The notes: generated from the sequence alone by a model not told the origin. A stretch of 45,553 bases of DNA from Deferribacterales bacterium (GCA_050253335.1 JBFWJG010000014.1:1-45553), one strand, 5' to 3'. Numbered from the stretch's first letter, positions 29,317 to 38,973 are shown. Translations and numbers: made by a program.

Positions 29317-30899
29317 CGGATAAACTCCTTGAAATAAAAAATCTGAAAGTAACATTCAATACGGAAGCGGGCAGGGTGGAGGCTGTAAAAAATTTCAGCT
29401 TTCACATGAACCATGGTGAGACACTGGCTGTGGTCGGTGAGTCCGGCTCAGGGAAATCTGTATGCGCTCAGAGCATAACAGGGTTGATTAAGCATGCCGG
29501 AGCGGTGATAGAAGACGGAAAGATAGTCTTTGGCGGCCTTGAACTCACCGACGCGGATGAAAACACCCTCCGCAGGGTCAGGGGCGGGGAGATAGGCTAT
29601 ATCTTTCAGGAGCCAATGGTTTCCCTTAACCCGCTGCATAATATAGAAAAACAGATAACCGAACGCCTCACTGCGGTGGAGGGGATGAACAGGGCGGATT
29701 CCGCACGGCGTGCTCTGGAGCTTCTGAACCTTGTCGGCATAAGAAACCCCGAAAAGCGTCTGGGCGACTTTCCGCACTGTTTTTCCGGCGGTGAAAGGCA
29801 GAGGATAATGATAGCCGCCGCTCTGGCCTCAAGCCCCAAACTGCTCATAGCCGATGAGCCCACAACCGCCCTTGATGTGACTGTGCAGAAACAGATTCTC
29901 GACCTTCTGGCGGAGCTTAAAGCCAAGCTGAACATGTCCGTTCTGCTGATTACCCATGACCTTGGCGTGGTGAGAGCCTACGCGGACAGAGTCGTGGTGG
30001 TCAAGAACGGGTACGTGGCGGAAGAGGGGAGCACGGAGAAAATTTTCCGCAGTCCAGAACACATATACACAGCGGAGCTTGTAAACCGGAGCGGCTTGAA
30101 AATCAGTGAACCCGTAACAGCGGGAGATGTTGTGCTGAGCGCCGAAAATCTCTCCGTGACCTATAAAGGCAGGGCAAAATTCGGCAAAAAGAACGATGTG
30201 GCGGCTGTGAAATCAGTCTCCTTCTGCGTGAGGGAAGGGCAGAGCCTCGGCATAGTGGGTGAGTCCGGCTCTGGCAAAACATCAATAATGAAGGCAGTTC
30301 TGCGGCTTATACCGTCTTCCGGCAGGGTAATGTTCATGGACGGGGAGTTTTCCGCCCTCAGTCCGGATGAACTGAGAGACAGAAGGCGGCATATTCAGGC
30401 TGTGTTTCAGGATCCTTTCGGCAGTCTCAACCCGAGGATGACCGTGGGGATGATAGTGGCCGAAGGGCTCACAGCCCGCGGAGAGAAGGATAAAAACAAA
30501 ATTGAGCAGTCCACCCGCAGGGCTCTGGAGGATGTCGGGCTGCCTCTTGATGTGATGAACCGCTATCCCCATGAGTTTTCAGGTGGTCAGCGCCAGAGGA
30601 TAGCCATTGCAAGGGCTATTATACTCCGCCCTAAGCTTGTTATTTTTGATGAACCTACCTCATCCCTCGACCGCAGTGTTCAGTTTCAGGTGATGGAGCT
30701 TCTGGCCGGTTTGCAGAAAACTTATAACATGTCATATATTTTCATCAGCCACGATCTGCATCTTGTCCGTTCTCTCTGCCACGAAGTAATAGTGATGAAG
30801 AACGGCGAAAAGGTTGAGGAAGGGCAGACAGAGGCTGTTCTGTCGGCTCCGGTGAATGAATACACAAGGACGCTGATTAACGCGGCATTTATGCAGTAA
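29313..30899 (+). CDS. yejF: Peptide ABC transporter double ATP-binding protein, YejF-like
   Basis: Two NBDs: GESGSGKS/FSGGE/LIADEPT and GESGSGKT/FSGGQ/IFDEPT. Confidence 0.9.
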   Translation: MTDKLLEIKNLKVTFNTEAGRVEAVKNFSFHMNHGETLAVVGESGSGKSVCAQSITGLIKHAGAVIEDGKIVFGGLELTDADENTLRRVRGGEIGYIFQEPMVSLNPLHNIEKQITERLTAVEGMNRADSARRALELLNLVGIRNPEKRLGDFPHCFSGGERQRIMIAAALASSPKLLIADEPTTALDVTVQKQILDLLAELKAKLNMSVLLITHDLGVVRAYADRVVVVKNGYVAEEGSTEKIFRSPEHIYTAELVNRSGLKISEPVTAGDVVLSAENLSVTYKGRAKFGKKNDVAAVKSVSFCVREGQSLGIVGESGSGKTSIMKAVLRLIPSSGRVMFMDGEFSALSPDELRDRRRHIQAVFQDPFGSLNPRMTVGMIVAEGLTARGEKDKNKIEQSTRRALEDVGLPLDVMNRYPHEFSGGQRQRIAIARAIILRPKLVIFDEPTSSLDRSVQFQVMELLAGLQKTYNMSYIFISHDLHLVRSLCHEVIVMKNGEKVEEGQTEAVLSAPVNEYTRTLINAAFMQ

Positions 30900-31010
30900 A
30901 GACAACTAAAGTTACTAAAATTTATCAATAACGATGTTTTATTTGTTTTACAAGTTTTACACTTTGTAAATCCATTGATTTTAAAGGAGAAATTCGCTCA
31001 TTTTCCTGAA

Positions 31011-31028
31011 AATTGATCAATGTCAATT
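31011..31028 (+). promoter_or_regulatory. FNR/CRP-family binding site of the nar promoter
   Basis: AA-TTGAT-CAAT-GTCAA-TT, one mismatch to TTGAT-N4-ATCAA. A TATTAT -10 at 31048-31053 gives class II geometry. Confidence 0.75.
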
Positions 31029-31055
31029 TATTCCTACTAATCTCGTATATTATTT

Positions 31056-31076
31056 CTTTAGAACATAATTCTAAAG
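31056..31076. promoter_or_regulatory. Perfect 8-5-8 inverted repeat (putative operator) at the nar transcription start
   Basis: CTTTAGAA-CATAA-TTCTAAAG. Confidence 0.55.
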
Positions 31077-31085
31077 GTGTGATTT

Positions 31086-31508
31086 ATGAAAAACGCGATT
31101 ATTTTTCTCTTTGCCGCATTCATTGCGGTTTTCACGGCGTTTTCCCCTTCCCCTGCGGCTGCGGGCATCCTGACTGAATCGTCCGGAAGCTCTCCGGCAT
31201 GTATTTCATGTCATTCTGTTTCCGCAATGGGGCTTGAGGGAGGCTTTCTCGCATCGGACATAAGCAGTTTTGCGGAGGATTTCGGCGCAGAGGGAGCGGC
31301 GGATTTCCTGAAGGATATTCCTATTGAGGTTATGGCGGCGGCCTATTCCGCAAGGCCTCTCACCGACGGGGATATTGAAGGACTGCTCAGGGATTTCGAA
31401 GGCGGAAAGGTGTTCGGGATTAACCATATTGCCGCGGGCGCGGCTTTGGCTTTTGTGCTTACGCTGTTTTTGCGGTTTGTGTTCCGCCGCAGAGGAGGCA
31501 GGGAATGA
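31086..31508 (+). CDS. Membrane-anchored monoheme cytochrome c (NarC-like)
   Basis: Signal peptide, one CxxCH (CISCH), a candidate axial Met (EVMAAAY) and a C-terminal TM; ATGA overlap with narG. Confidence 0.8.
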   Translation: MKNAIIFLFAAFIAVFTAFSPSPAAAGILTESSGSSPACISCHSVSAMGLEGGFLASDISSFAEDFGAEGAADFLKDIPIEVMAAAYSARPLTDGDIEGLLRDFEGGKVFGINHIAAGAALAFVLTLFLRFVFRRRGGRE

Positions 31509-34500
31509 CAGTGAAAAAATCAGACCATATGAAGGATATACATAAACCCGCGGAAAGGGCGGGCGAGGATTTTTACCGTGTGCGCAGCACCTACGACAAG
31601 GTTGTGAGAAGCACTCACGGGGTGAACTGCACCGGAAGCTGCAGCTGGAATATCTATGTCAAAAACGGCATTGTCACCAATGAGCTTCAGGCGGTGGACT
31701 ACCCTCAGCTTGATCACGAAATCCCTAACTATGAACCCAGAGGCTGTGCAAGGGGAGCGTCATTCTCATGGTATCTCTACAGCCCTCTGAGGGTGAAATA
31801 CCCTTATGTCCGGGGAAGGCTTCTTGACCTGTGGACGGATGCCAGAAAACGCTTCGCTGACCCTGTCGCCGCGTGGGAATCAATAATGACGGACGAAGCG
31901 GCGAGAAAATCCTTTCAGCAGGCAAGGGGAAAGGGCGGGCTCAGGCGAACAGACTGGGACACTGTCCTTGACATCATTGCCGCATCAACAGTTTACACTG
32001 TCAAAAAATACGGTCCGGACAGGATAACCGGCTTCTCTCCCATTCCTGCCATGTCTCAGGTGAGCTATGCGGCGGGGGCGAGGTTCCTCCAGCTCATAGG
32101 CGGTTCATGCCTCAGTTTTTACGACTGGTACTGCGACCTTCCCGCCGCCTCACCCCAGATATGGGGCGAGCAGACTGACGTGTGCGAAAGCGCCGACTGG
32201 TACAACTCCATGTACACAGTGCTCATGGGTTCCAACGTCAGCATGACGAGAACGCCCGATGCCCACTTCCTTGCGGAATCAAGATACAAGGGCACAAAGG
32301 TTGTGGTGCTTTCGCCGGACTACAGTCAGGCGGTTAAGCACGCGGATCTCTGGGTTCCCCTGAAAAAGGGGCAGGACGCCGCCTTCTGGCTTGCTGTCAA
32401 CAACGTTATAATAAATGAATTCTACAATAAAAAAGACACACCGTACTTCACTGAGTATGTGAAGAAATACACCGACCTTCCTTTTCTCGTGAGGCTTGAG
32501 GAGACCAAAGACGGCTTTAAGGCGGGCAGGTATCTCCGTGCCTCGGACATTGACTCATTTGCGGGCGAAGAGAACGCGGCGTGGAAAATGCTCCTCATGG
32601 ATGAGTCCACAGGGGCGCTCTACTCCCCCAAGGGAACCATAGGCTACAGATGGGCAAAGGAAAAGGGTAAGTGGAACCTTGAAAGCACAGACGGGATAGA
32701 GGGTCTGGAACGTTCGCCCGTGCTCACTTTCAGTGATGCCGAGGTTGAACTCTGCACTGACGGCTACGGCGCGGAGGGTGAATATTCCCCCGTGAAAAGA
32801 AAGGCTGGAGCGAAAAAGATAAAAACCGTTCACGGCGATGTTTATGTCGCCACTGTTTTTGACATACTCCGTGCCAGCCTCGGCGCAGGAGAGAACTATT
32901 ACGAAAACGCCCCGTACACACCCGCATGGCAGAAACAGTTCACAGGCATAGAGCCGGAAACGGTAATAAAGGTTGCCCGTGAGTTCGCCGAAAACGCCGA
33001 GAAGACCGGCGGCCGTTCCATGATCATAATCGGAGCGGGCGTAAATCAATGGTATCACTCAGACCTTTCGTACAGAGCGGCAATAATGGCGCTTATGCTC
33101 ACAGGCTCCGTCGGGGTAAACGGCGGCGGGCTTGCGCACTATGTCGGGCAGGAGAAAGTGGCTATGCTTTCCTCATGGTCGGCTCTCGCCATGGCAGGGG
33201 ACTGGTGCAAGCCTCCGAGGCTCCAGAACGCTCCGTCCTTCTGGTATATCCACTCGGATCAGTTCAGGTATGAGGGCTCTGTGTTCGACTACTTCGCAGT
33301 GCCTGATAAGGAGAAGTTCAAAGAACAGCACTCCGCGGATTTCAATGCAAAAGCTGTCCGGCTGGGCTGGCTGCCTTTCTACCCGCAGTTCTGCGGAAGC
33401 TCCATAGACGCAGCGGAGGAGGTTCTCCGCGAGGCTGACGGGGACAAGGCAAAGGCGATGAAGATAACCGCCTCAAAACTGAAAAAAGGGGAGATGAAAT
33501 TCGCTGTAGAGGAACCGGATAATCCTGAGAACTTTCCCCGCGTTTGGTACATTTGGCGCGGAAACGCCATATCATCCAGCGCAAAAGGGCATGAATACTT
33601 CCTCAAGCATGTTCTCGGCACGGATCACTCAGTCCACGCGGAGGAGACAGGCTTCGGATTCGAGAACATAAAAGGCGCAAAGGGCGCGGAAGGAAAGGTC
33701 GATCTCATAGTGGATCTCAACTTCCGCATGGACACCTCCGCCGTTTATTCGGACATAATTCTCCCCGCCGCCACATGGTATGAGAAGAATGACCTCAACA
33801 CCAGCGACATGCACACCTTTGTGCACCCGCTGACAGAGGCTGTTCCGCCCCTTTGGGAATCCGCGGGAGACTGGGAGATCTTCCGCCGCATAGCCGAAAA
33901 ATTTTCGGAAACGGCATCGGCGCATTTCCCTAAGCCGGTTTACGACCTTGTGGCGACCCCCCTTGCCCACGATTCGCCGGACGAGATAGCTCAGGAAAAT
34001 GTAACCGACTGGAAATACGGCCACGAAGACCCCATACCCGGCAAAACCATGCCGAAGCTGACCTTTGTGGAACGTGACTACAGAAAAATACACGAAAAAT
34101 ACATAACCCTCGGCAAAAGCATAAGGGAAAACGGCATAGGCGCCCACGGCGTTAGCTGGAACAGCAGAGAGGAATATGACGACCTGAAAAAGATCAACGG
34201 TTCAAGATACATGGAAGGGGAGGAGATGGCTGATGTGTCAACAGCGCTGAAAGCCTCTTCCGCGATTCTCCGGCTTGCGCCGGAGGGGAACGGGCAGGTG
34301 TCCCTCAAAGCGTTCCGGGATCTTGAAGCGAAGACAGGCAGACCGCTCGCACATCTTGTTGAGGGGTATGAACAGTATTCTGTTTCGTTTGACGAGATAA
34401 CCCGCCAGCCCCGCAGGATAATCAACTCCCCCTGCTGGAGCGGCAAGATAGAAAAGGGGAGAACCTACGCCCCGTACACGCTCAATGTTGAGGATCTTGT

Positions 34501-35086
34501 GCCGTGGCGCACCCTCACGGGGAGACAGCAGTTTTATCTGGATCATGAAATGTATATTCAGGCGGGGGAAAACCTTCCGGTTTACAAGCCTGAGCTGGAT
34601 ATGGAAATGCTGGGCGAAACGGAGGGCGGAGACGGGCTTGTGCTCAACCTCCTCACCCCTCACGGAAAATGGAACATCCACAGCACATACTTTGACAATG
34701 AAAGGATGCTCACCCTCTCAAGGGGCGGTCAGTGCGTATGGCTCAGCGAGAAGGACGCGGAAAAGGCGGGCATAGCCGACAACGACTGGCTTGAAATGAG
34801 CAACAGAAACGGAAATGTGGTGTGCAGGGCAGTGGTCAGCGTGCGCATACCTGAGGGAATGTGCCTGATGTATCATGCGCCGGAACGCACCATAGATGTT
34901 CCCTTGAGCCCCTCAACAGGCAAAAGGGGCGGCGTGCACAACAGCCTCTCCCGTGTGCGGCTCAAACCCACCCTCATGGCGGGCGGCTACGGGCAGTTCA
35001 CATACTATTTCAACTACTGGGGCCCCATAGGTGTAAACAGGGAAACCTTTGTGAAAATAAGAAAACTTAATGAAGTGAGGTACTGA
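31505..35086 (+). CDS. narG: Respiratory nitrate reductase alpha subunit
   Basis: STHGVNCTGSCSW, PRGCARGASFSWY, SFYDWYCDLP (Asp ligand), WRTLTGRQ and TPHGKWNIHS. No Tat signal, so probably cytoplasm-facing. Confidence 0.97.
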   Translation: MTVKKSDHMKDIHKPAERAGEDFYRVRSTYDKVVRSTHGVNCTGSCSWNIYVKNGIVTNELQAVDYPQLDHEIPNYEPRGCARGASFSWYLYSPLRVKYPYVRGRLLDLWTDARKRFADPVAAWESIMTDEAARKSFQQARGKGGLRRTDWDTVLDIIAASTVYTVKKYGPDRITGFSPIPAMSQVSYAAGARFLQLIGGSCLSFYDWYCDLPAASPQIWGEQTDVCESADWYNSMYTVLMGSNVSMTRTPDAHFLAESRYKGTKVVVLSPDYSQAVKHADLWVPLKKGQDAAFWLAVNNVIINEFYNKKDTPYFTEYVKKYTDLPFLVRLEETKDGFKAGRYLRASDIDSFAGEENAAWKMLLMDESTGALYSPKGTIGYRWAKEKGKWNLESTDGIEGLERSPVLTFSDAEVELCTDGYGAEGEYSPVKRKAGAKKIKTVHGDVYVATVFDILRASLGAGENYYENAPYTPAWQKQFTGIEPETVIKVAREFAENAEKTGGRSMIIIGAGVNQWYHSDLSYRAAIMALMLTGSVGVNGGGLAHYVGQEKVAMLSSWSALAMAGDWCKPPRLQNAPSFWYIHSDQFRYEGSVFDYFAVPDKEKFKEQHSADFNAKAVRLGWLPFYPQFCGSSIDAAEEVLREADGDKAKAMKITASKLKKGEMKFAVEEPDNPENFPRVWYIWRGNAISSSAKGHEYFLKHVLGTDHSVHAEETGFGFENIKGAKGAEGKVDLIVDLNFRMDTSAVYSDIILPAATWYEKNDLNTSDMHTFVHPLTEAVPPLWESAGDWEIFRRIAEKFSETASAHFPKPVYDLVATPLAHDSPDEIAQENVTDWKYGHEDPIPGKTMPKLTFVERDYRKIHEKYITLGKSIRENGIGAHGVSWNSREEYDDLKKINGSRYMEGEEMADVSTALKASSAILRLAPEGNGQVSLKAFRDLEAKTGRPLAHLVEGYEQYSVSFDEITRQPRRIINSPCWSGKIEKGRTYAPYTLNVEDLVPWRTLTGRQQFYLDHEMYIQAGENLPVYKPELDMEMLGETEGGDGLVLNLLTPHGKWNIHSTYFDNERMLTLSRGGQCVWLSEKDAEKAGIADNDWLEMSNRNGNVVCRAVVSVRIPEGMCLMYHAPERTIDVPLSPSTGKRGGVHNSLSRVRLKPTLMAGGYGQFTYYFNYWGPIGVNRETFVKIRKLNEVRY

Positions 35087-35088
35087 TT

Positions 35089-36513
35089 ATGGATGTCAGG
35101 GCGCAACTTTCGATGGTTCTTCATCTTGATAAATGCATAGGCTGCCACACCTGCTCCGTCACCTGCAAGAACCTTTGGACAAACAGAAAAGGGACGGAAT
35201 ACATGTGGTGGAACAATGTTGAGACACGTCCCGGCACAGGCTATCCGAAAAACTGGGAGGATCAGGCAAAGTTCCGCGGCGGATGGGAGATAAAGGACGG
35301 CTCCCCCGTGCTCAGGGCGGGCTCCAAATGGGGAATACTCTCGCGTATTTTTCATAATCCCGACCAGCCTGTGATGAAAGATTACTACGAGCCTTTCACA
35401 TATGACTACGCCAATCTCATGGACGCTCCGGAAAGCGTGAACCAGCCCATAGCCAGAGCCAAATCCCGCGTAACGGGCGAAAACATGAACATTGAGGCAG
35501 GCCCCAACTGGGACGATGACCTAGGCGGCTCAAAGAAATATGCGGCGAATGATCCCAACCTCACAGATGAGGACAGGGCGCTTTTCGGCGAGTTTGAGAA
35601 AATTTTTATGATGTACCTTCCCCGCCTGTGCAACCACTGCCTTAATCCGGCGTGTGCGGCGGCCTGCCCCTCCGGCTCTATATATAAAAGAGGTGAGGAC
35701 GGCATAGTCCTGAACGATCAGGAAAAATGCCGTGCGTGGCGCTACTGCGTCAGCGCATGCCCCTACAAAAAAATCTATTACAACTGGGACAGGGGCAAGT
35801 CGGAGAAGTGCATCTTCTGCTATCCGAAAAGCGAAAACGGCGAACCCTCCGCCTGCGCTCATTCATGCGTAGGGCGCATCCGCTACACTGGGGTTCTCCT
35901 TTACGATTACGACAGGCTCATTCAGGTTCTGGACGCGCCGGAGGAAACCCTTGTCGATGCTCTGAGAAGCTGCATCCTCGATCCTTCCGATCCGGAGGTC
36001 AGAAAGAACGCGAAAAAGGCGGGCATAGAGCCGGACTGGATTCAGGCGGCGGAAAACTCCCCCGTTTATGCCTTCGTGAAGGAATTCGGGCTTGCCCTGC
36101 CGCTCCATCCGGAATTCAGAACATTCCCCATGGTGTTCTACGTTCCTTCGCTTTCCCCTGTACTGCGCAAGGCGGAAACGGATATGACAATGGAAAACTT
36201 CCGCATTCCGGTTAAGTATCTGGCTTCGGTTTTCACCGCAGGCAATGAAACTGCCGTGGAGGACACGCTGAAAAAGCTTCTGGGCATAAGGAGCTACATG
36301 CGCGGCAAGGGGCTTGATGACAATGAGCTTATGGAAAAGGGTGTGTCCCTTTCCGGCTGGAGCGGGCAGGAGCTCGAAAAGGCCTACAGGCTCACTTCCC
36401 TTGCCAATTTTGCGGGAAGATTCGTGATACCGAAAACCCGCAGGGAAAACGGTTGTTCGTATGAAATGCAGGGTGCAGAGGGGTTTTTGAATCATGGAAA
36501 AAACAAACGCTGA
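35089..36513 (+). CDS. narH: Respiratory nitrate reductase beta subunit
   Basis: LDKCIGCHTCSVTCK, PRLCNHCLNPAC, CRAWRYCVSACPYKK and PLHPEFRT. Confidence 0.97.
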   Translation: MDVRAQLSMVLHLDKCIGCHTCSVTCKNLWTNRKGTEYMWWNNVETRPGTGYPKNWEDQAKFRGGWEIKDGSPVLRAGSKWGILSRIFHNPDQPVMKDYYEPFTYDYANLMDAPESVNQPIARAKSRVTGENMNIEAGPNWDDDLGGSKKYAANDPNLTDEDRALFGEFEKIFMMYLPRLCNHCLNPACAAACPSGSIYKRGEDGIVLNDQEKCRAWRYCVSACPYKKIYYNWDRGKSEKCIFCYPKSENGEPSACAHSCVGRIRYTGVLLYDYDRLIQVLDAPEETLVDALRSCILDPSDPEVRKNAKKAGIEPDWIQAAENSPVYAFVKEFGLALPLHPEFRTFPMVFYVPSLSPVLRKAETDMTMENFRIPVKYLASVFTAGNETAVEDTLKKLLGIRSYMRGKGLDDNELMEKGVSLSGWSGQELEKAYRLTSLANFAGRFVIPKTRRENGCSYEMQGAEGFLNHGKNKR

Positions 36514-37021
36514 AGATATATTCAAATCCTTCGCAGTGCTGACGGACTACCCGTCCGATCTGTCTGTGGTGAAGGAGCACTGCCGCAGGCTGGAATACGC
36601 GGGACTGGCGGAAGGGTGTTTCGCTCTTCTGCCGTCAGACACGGAAGCCCTGCAGGAGGAGTACACAAGGCTTTTCGACTTCGGCAGGGATACAGCTCCG
36701 TATGCCGCCTTTCATGTGTTCAGCGATGAAAGGAGAAGAGCCGCTTTCATGGCGGGGCTTATGGGCAGGTACGCCGAAACCGGCTTTAAGCGCAGAACGG
36801 GCGAGCTGCCGGACTATATCCCCTATGTTCTCGATTTTATAAGCGAGAGCGGGGCGGAAAGGTGCGCTGAACTGACGGAAACTCTTTCGCAGGCGGCAGA
36901 AAGAATAGCCGCCGCCCCCATGCTGAGAAAAAGCGGCTACGGGCTGATTTACGGTTCTCTGAAAAAATTTGCTGATGAATGCCTCAAAGGAGGGGAAGAT
37001 GAGCTGGAACACATTCTTTAA
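36494..37021 (+). CDS. narJ: Nitrate reductase maturation chaperone
   Basis: LQEEYTRLFD and ELPDYIP; lies between narH and narI. Confidence 0.85.
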   Translation: MEKTNAEDIFKSFAVLTDYPSDLSVVKEHCRRLEYAGLAEGCFALLPSDTEALQEEYTRLFDFGRDTAPYAAFHVFSDERRRAAFMAGLMGRYAETGFKRRTGELPDYIPYVLDFISESGAERCAELTETLSQAAERIAAAPMLRKSGYGLIYGSLKKFADECLKGGEDELEHIL

Positions 37022-37658
37022 TATATTTCCGTATATAACTTTGGCTGCAGCTGTTTTCGGGACAGCGGCGGCTTACCGGAACAACAGGTACAGAATAAGC
37101 ACCCGCGCAGGCGGGTTTCTGGAAAACAGAAAGCTCTGGGGTTCTGTTCCGTGGCATTACGGAATAATCATTGTCCTCACCGGACACGTGATCGGTGTTA
37201 TTGCGCCGTCCTTTGTGCTCTCGCTCACCGGAAATATGGGAGTGCTCGCGGCTCTTGAAACCCTTGCCTTCTCGGCGGGTCTGCTCTGCCTTTTCGGACT
37301 TGGTGCGCTCATTCTGAGGAAGCTTTCGGACAGATACGCCCTCTCACAGACTCAGGCGGGAGACTGGCTTGTGCTTGTGCTTCTTGTTTTTCAGGTGCTC
37401 AGCGGGCTTTATATCTCGGCGTTTCACAAATGGGGCATCAACTGGTATGCCTCAAACGCTTCTGTTTATGTTCTCTCCGTGCTGAAATTCAGCCCGCAGG
37501 GGGACATTATAACGGCTCTGCCCCTTGCCGTCAGGCTTCATGTTCTCAATATGTTCCTGATTATCGGGGCTCTGCCTTTCACAAGGCTGATCCATGTTTT
37601 TGCAGTGCCGCTGAAATATCCTTTCCGCCCGCACATAATATTCAGATGGAACAGGTAA
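36999..37658 (+). CDS. narI: Respiratory nitrate reductase gamma subunit (cytochrome b)
   Basis: FPY, WHYGIIIVLTGH and LH..PFTRLIH (four heme His). ATG 36999 follows GGAGGGG. Confidence 0.92.
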   Translation: MSWNTFFNIFPYITLAAAVFGTAAAYRNNRYRISTRAGGFLENRKLWGSVPWHYGIIIVLTGHVIGVIAPSFVLSLTGNMGVLAALETLAFSAGLLCLFGLGALILRKLSDRYALSQTQAGDWLVLVLLVFQVLSGLYISAFHKWGINWYASNASVYVLSVLKFSPQGDIITALPLAVRLHVLNMFLIIGALPFTRLIHVFAVPLKYPFRPHIIFRWNR

Positions 37659-37668
37659 GGAGGAAGCT

Positions 37669-38973
37669 ATGAGCTATATCGCAAAAGGCTCGCCCCTAAA
37701 AGGTCTTACGGGAGCCACACTCGGCTTCTTCTTCGGGTTCGCGGCGGTCGCCCTTTTCGGGCCGACGGCAAAAAAACTTCAGGTGATAATGGGAATAAGC
37801 CCTGCGCAGGTCGGTCTTCTGGTGGCTATTCCGGCTTTGTCCGGCTCGCTTCTGCGAATCCCATTTTCCGCATGGGTGGATAAGGACGGCGGGCGGAAAC
37901 CGTTCATGGTTCTCCTTCTTATGGCGCTTGCGGGTATGGTGGGTCTCTCCGCGCTTTTTCTCACCAGATACCCGGACAACATGACGGCGGATCTCTATCC
38001 GCTGATTCTTCTCTTCGGCTTTATGAGCGGCTGCGGCATAGCCACATTCTCAGTGGGGATAAGTCAGGTGGCCTACTGGTTTCCGCAGAAGAAGCAGGGC
38101 TGGGCTCTGGGGACCTTCGGCGGTCTGGGGAACCTTGCCCCGGGGATATTCTCGTTTCTTCTGCCTCTGGCTTTATCGATAATGCCTCTTCCGGCCGCTT
38201 ATGTTGTGTGGAGCCTCATTCTCTTCACCGGCGTTTGCGTTTACTGGTTTACGGCGTTCAACGCCCCGTATTTTCAGGCGCTTTCACAGGGCGCCTCGAA
38301 GGAGGAGGCCAAAGAATTCGCGGTAAATCTTTACTCCGAAGCCTCGCAGAAGCAGGAGCTTTTCCCCTCCGGCGGCGTGGTGTACACCCTTGTCAAGTCA
38401 GCCTCCAATCCGTATACATGGATACTTGTCCTGCTCTATTTCGTGACCTTCGGCGGGTTCATCGCACTCACCGCGTGGTTCCCGACATTCTGGCAGTCGC
38501 TCTACGGCTTTTCGGTGACTTCGGCGGGTTTCCTCACTGCGTTTTACGCGGTTCTCACCTCCCTTTTCCGTGTGCCGGGCGGCAGTTTTGCGGATAAAAT
38601 AGGCGGAACTGCGGCGTCGCTTGTATCTGTGGCTGTTCTGGGCGCGGGTTCTCTTCTTGTGGTGTTCACGGGTAATTTTCCTCTGACAGTCCTCGGCATA
38701 ATGCTTATGGCGGTGGGCATGGGGGTCAACAACGCGGCAGTTTTCAAACTCGTTCCGAAATACATACCCGAAGCAATAGGCGGAGCGGCGGGCTGGGTAG
38801 GCGGACTCGGAGCCTTCGGCGGCTTTGTCCTCCCCCCTGTGCTGGCTTCATATGTGAGCAGAAACGGAGACGCGGGCTACAGACAGGGCTTTATCGTTTA
38901 TGTTCTGATGGCTGTTCTGTCTGTGCTGCTTATATTATTTCTTAAAAGATCTGAAAAGAGAGGCGGCAGATGA
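37669..38973 (+). CDS. narK: Nitrate/nitrite MFS transporter
   Basis: LLRIP, GxGN nitrate signature (GGLGNLAPG), TFGGF and GWVGGLGAFGGF. Confidence 0.88.
   Translation: MSYIAKGSPLKGLTGATLGFFFGFAAVALFGPTAKKLQVIMGISPAQVGLLVAIPALSGSLLRIPFSAWVDKDGGRKPFMVLLLMALAGMVGLSALFLTRYPDNMTADLYPLILLFGFMSGCGIATFSVGISQVAYWFPQKKQGWALGTFGGLGNLAPGIFSFLLPLALSIMPLPAAYVVWSLILFTGVCVYWFTAFNAPYFQALSQGASKEEAKEFAVNLYSEASQKQELFPSGGVVYTLVKSASNPYTWILVLLYFVTFGGFIALTAWFPTFWQSLYGFSVTSAGFLTAFYAVLTSLFRVPGGSFADKIGGTAASLVSVAVLGAGSLLVVFTGNFPLTVLGIMLMAVGMGVNNAAVFKLVPKYIPEAIGGAAGWVGGLGAFGGFVLPPVLASYVSRNGDAGYRQGFIVYVLMAVLSVLLILFLKRSEKRGGR

Noticed and set aside
31505..35086. Nitrite oxidoreductase, perchlorate reductase or periplasmic pNar
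   Set aside because: No Tat signal, and the narHJI plus narK context fits a standard cytoplasm-facing Nar.
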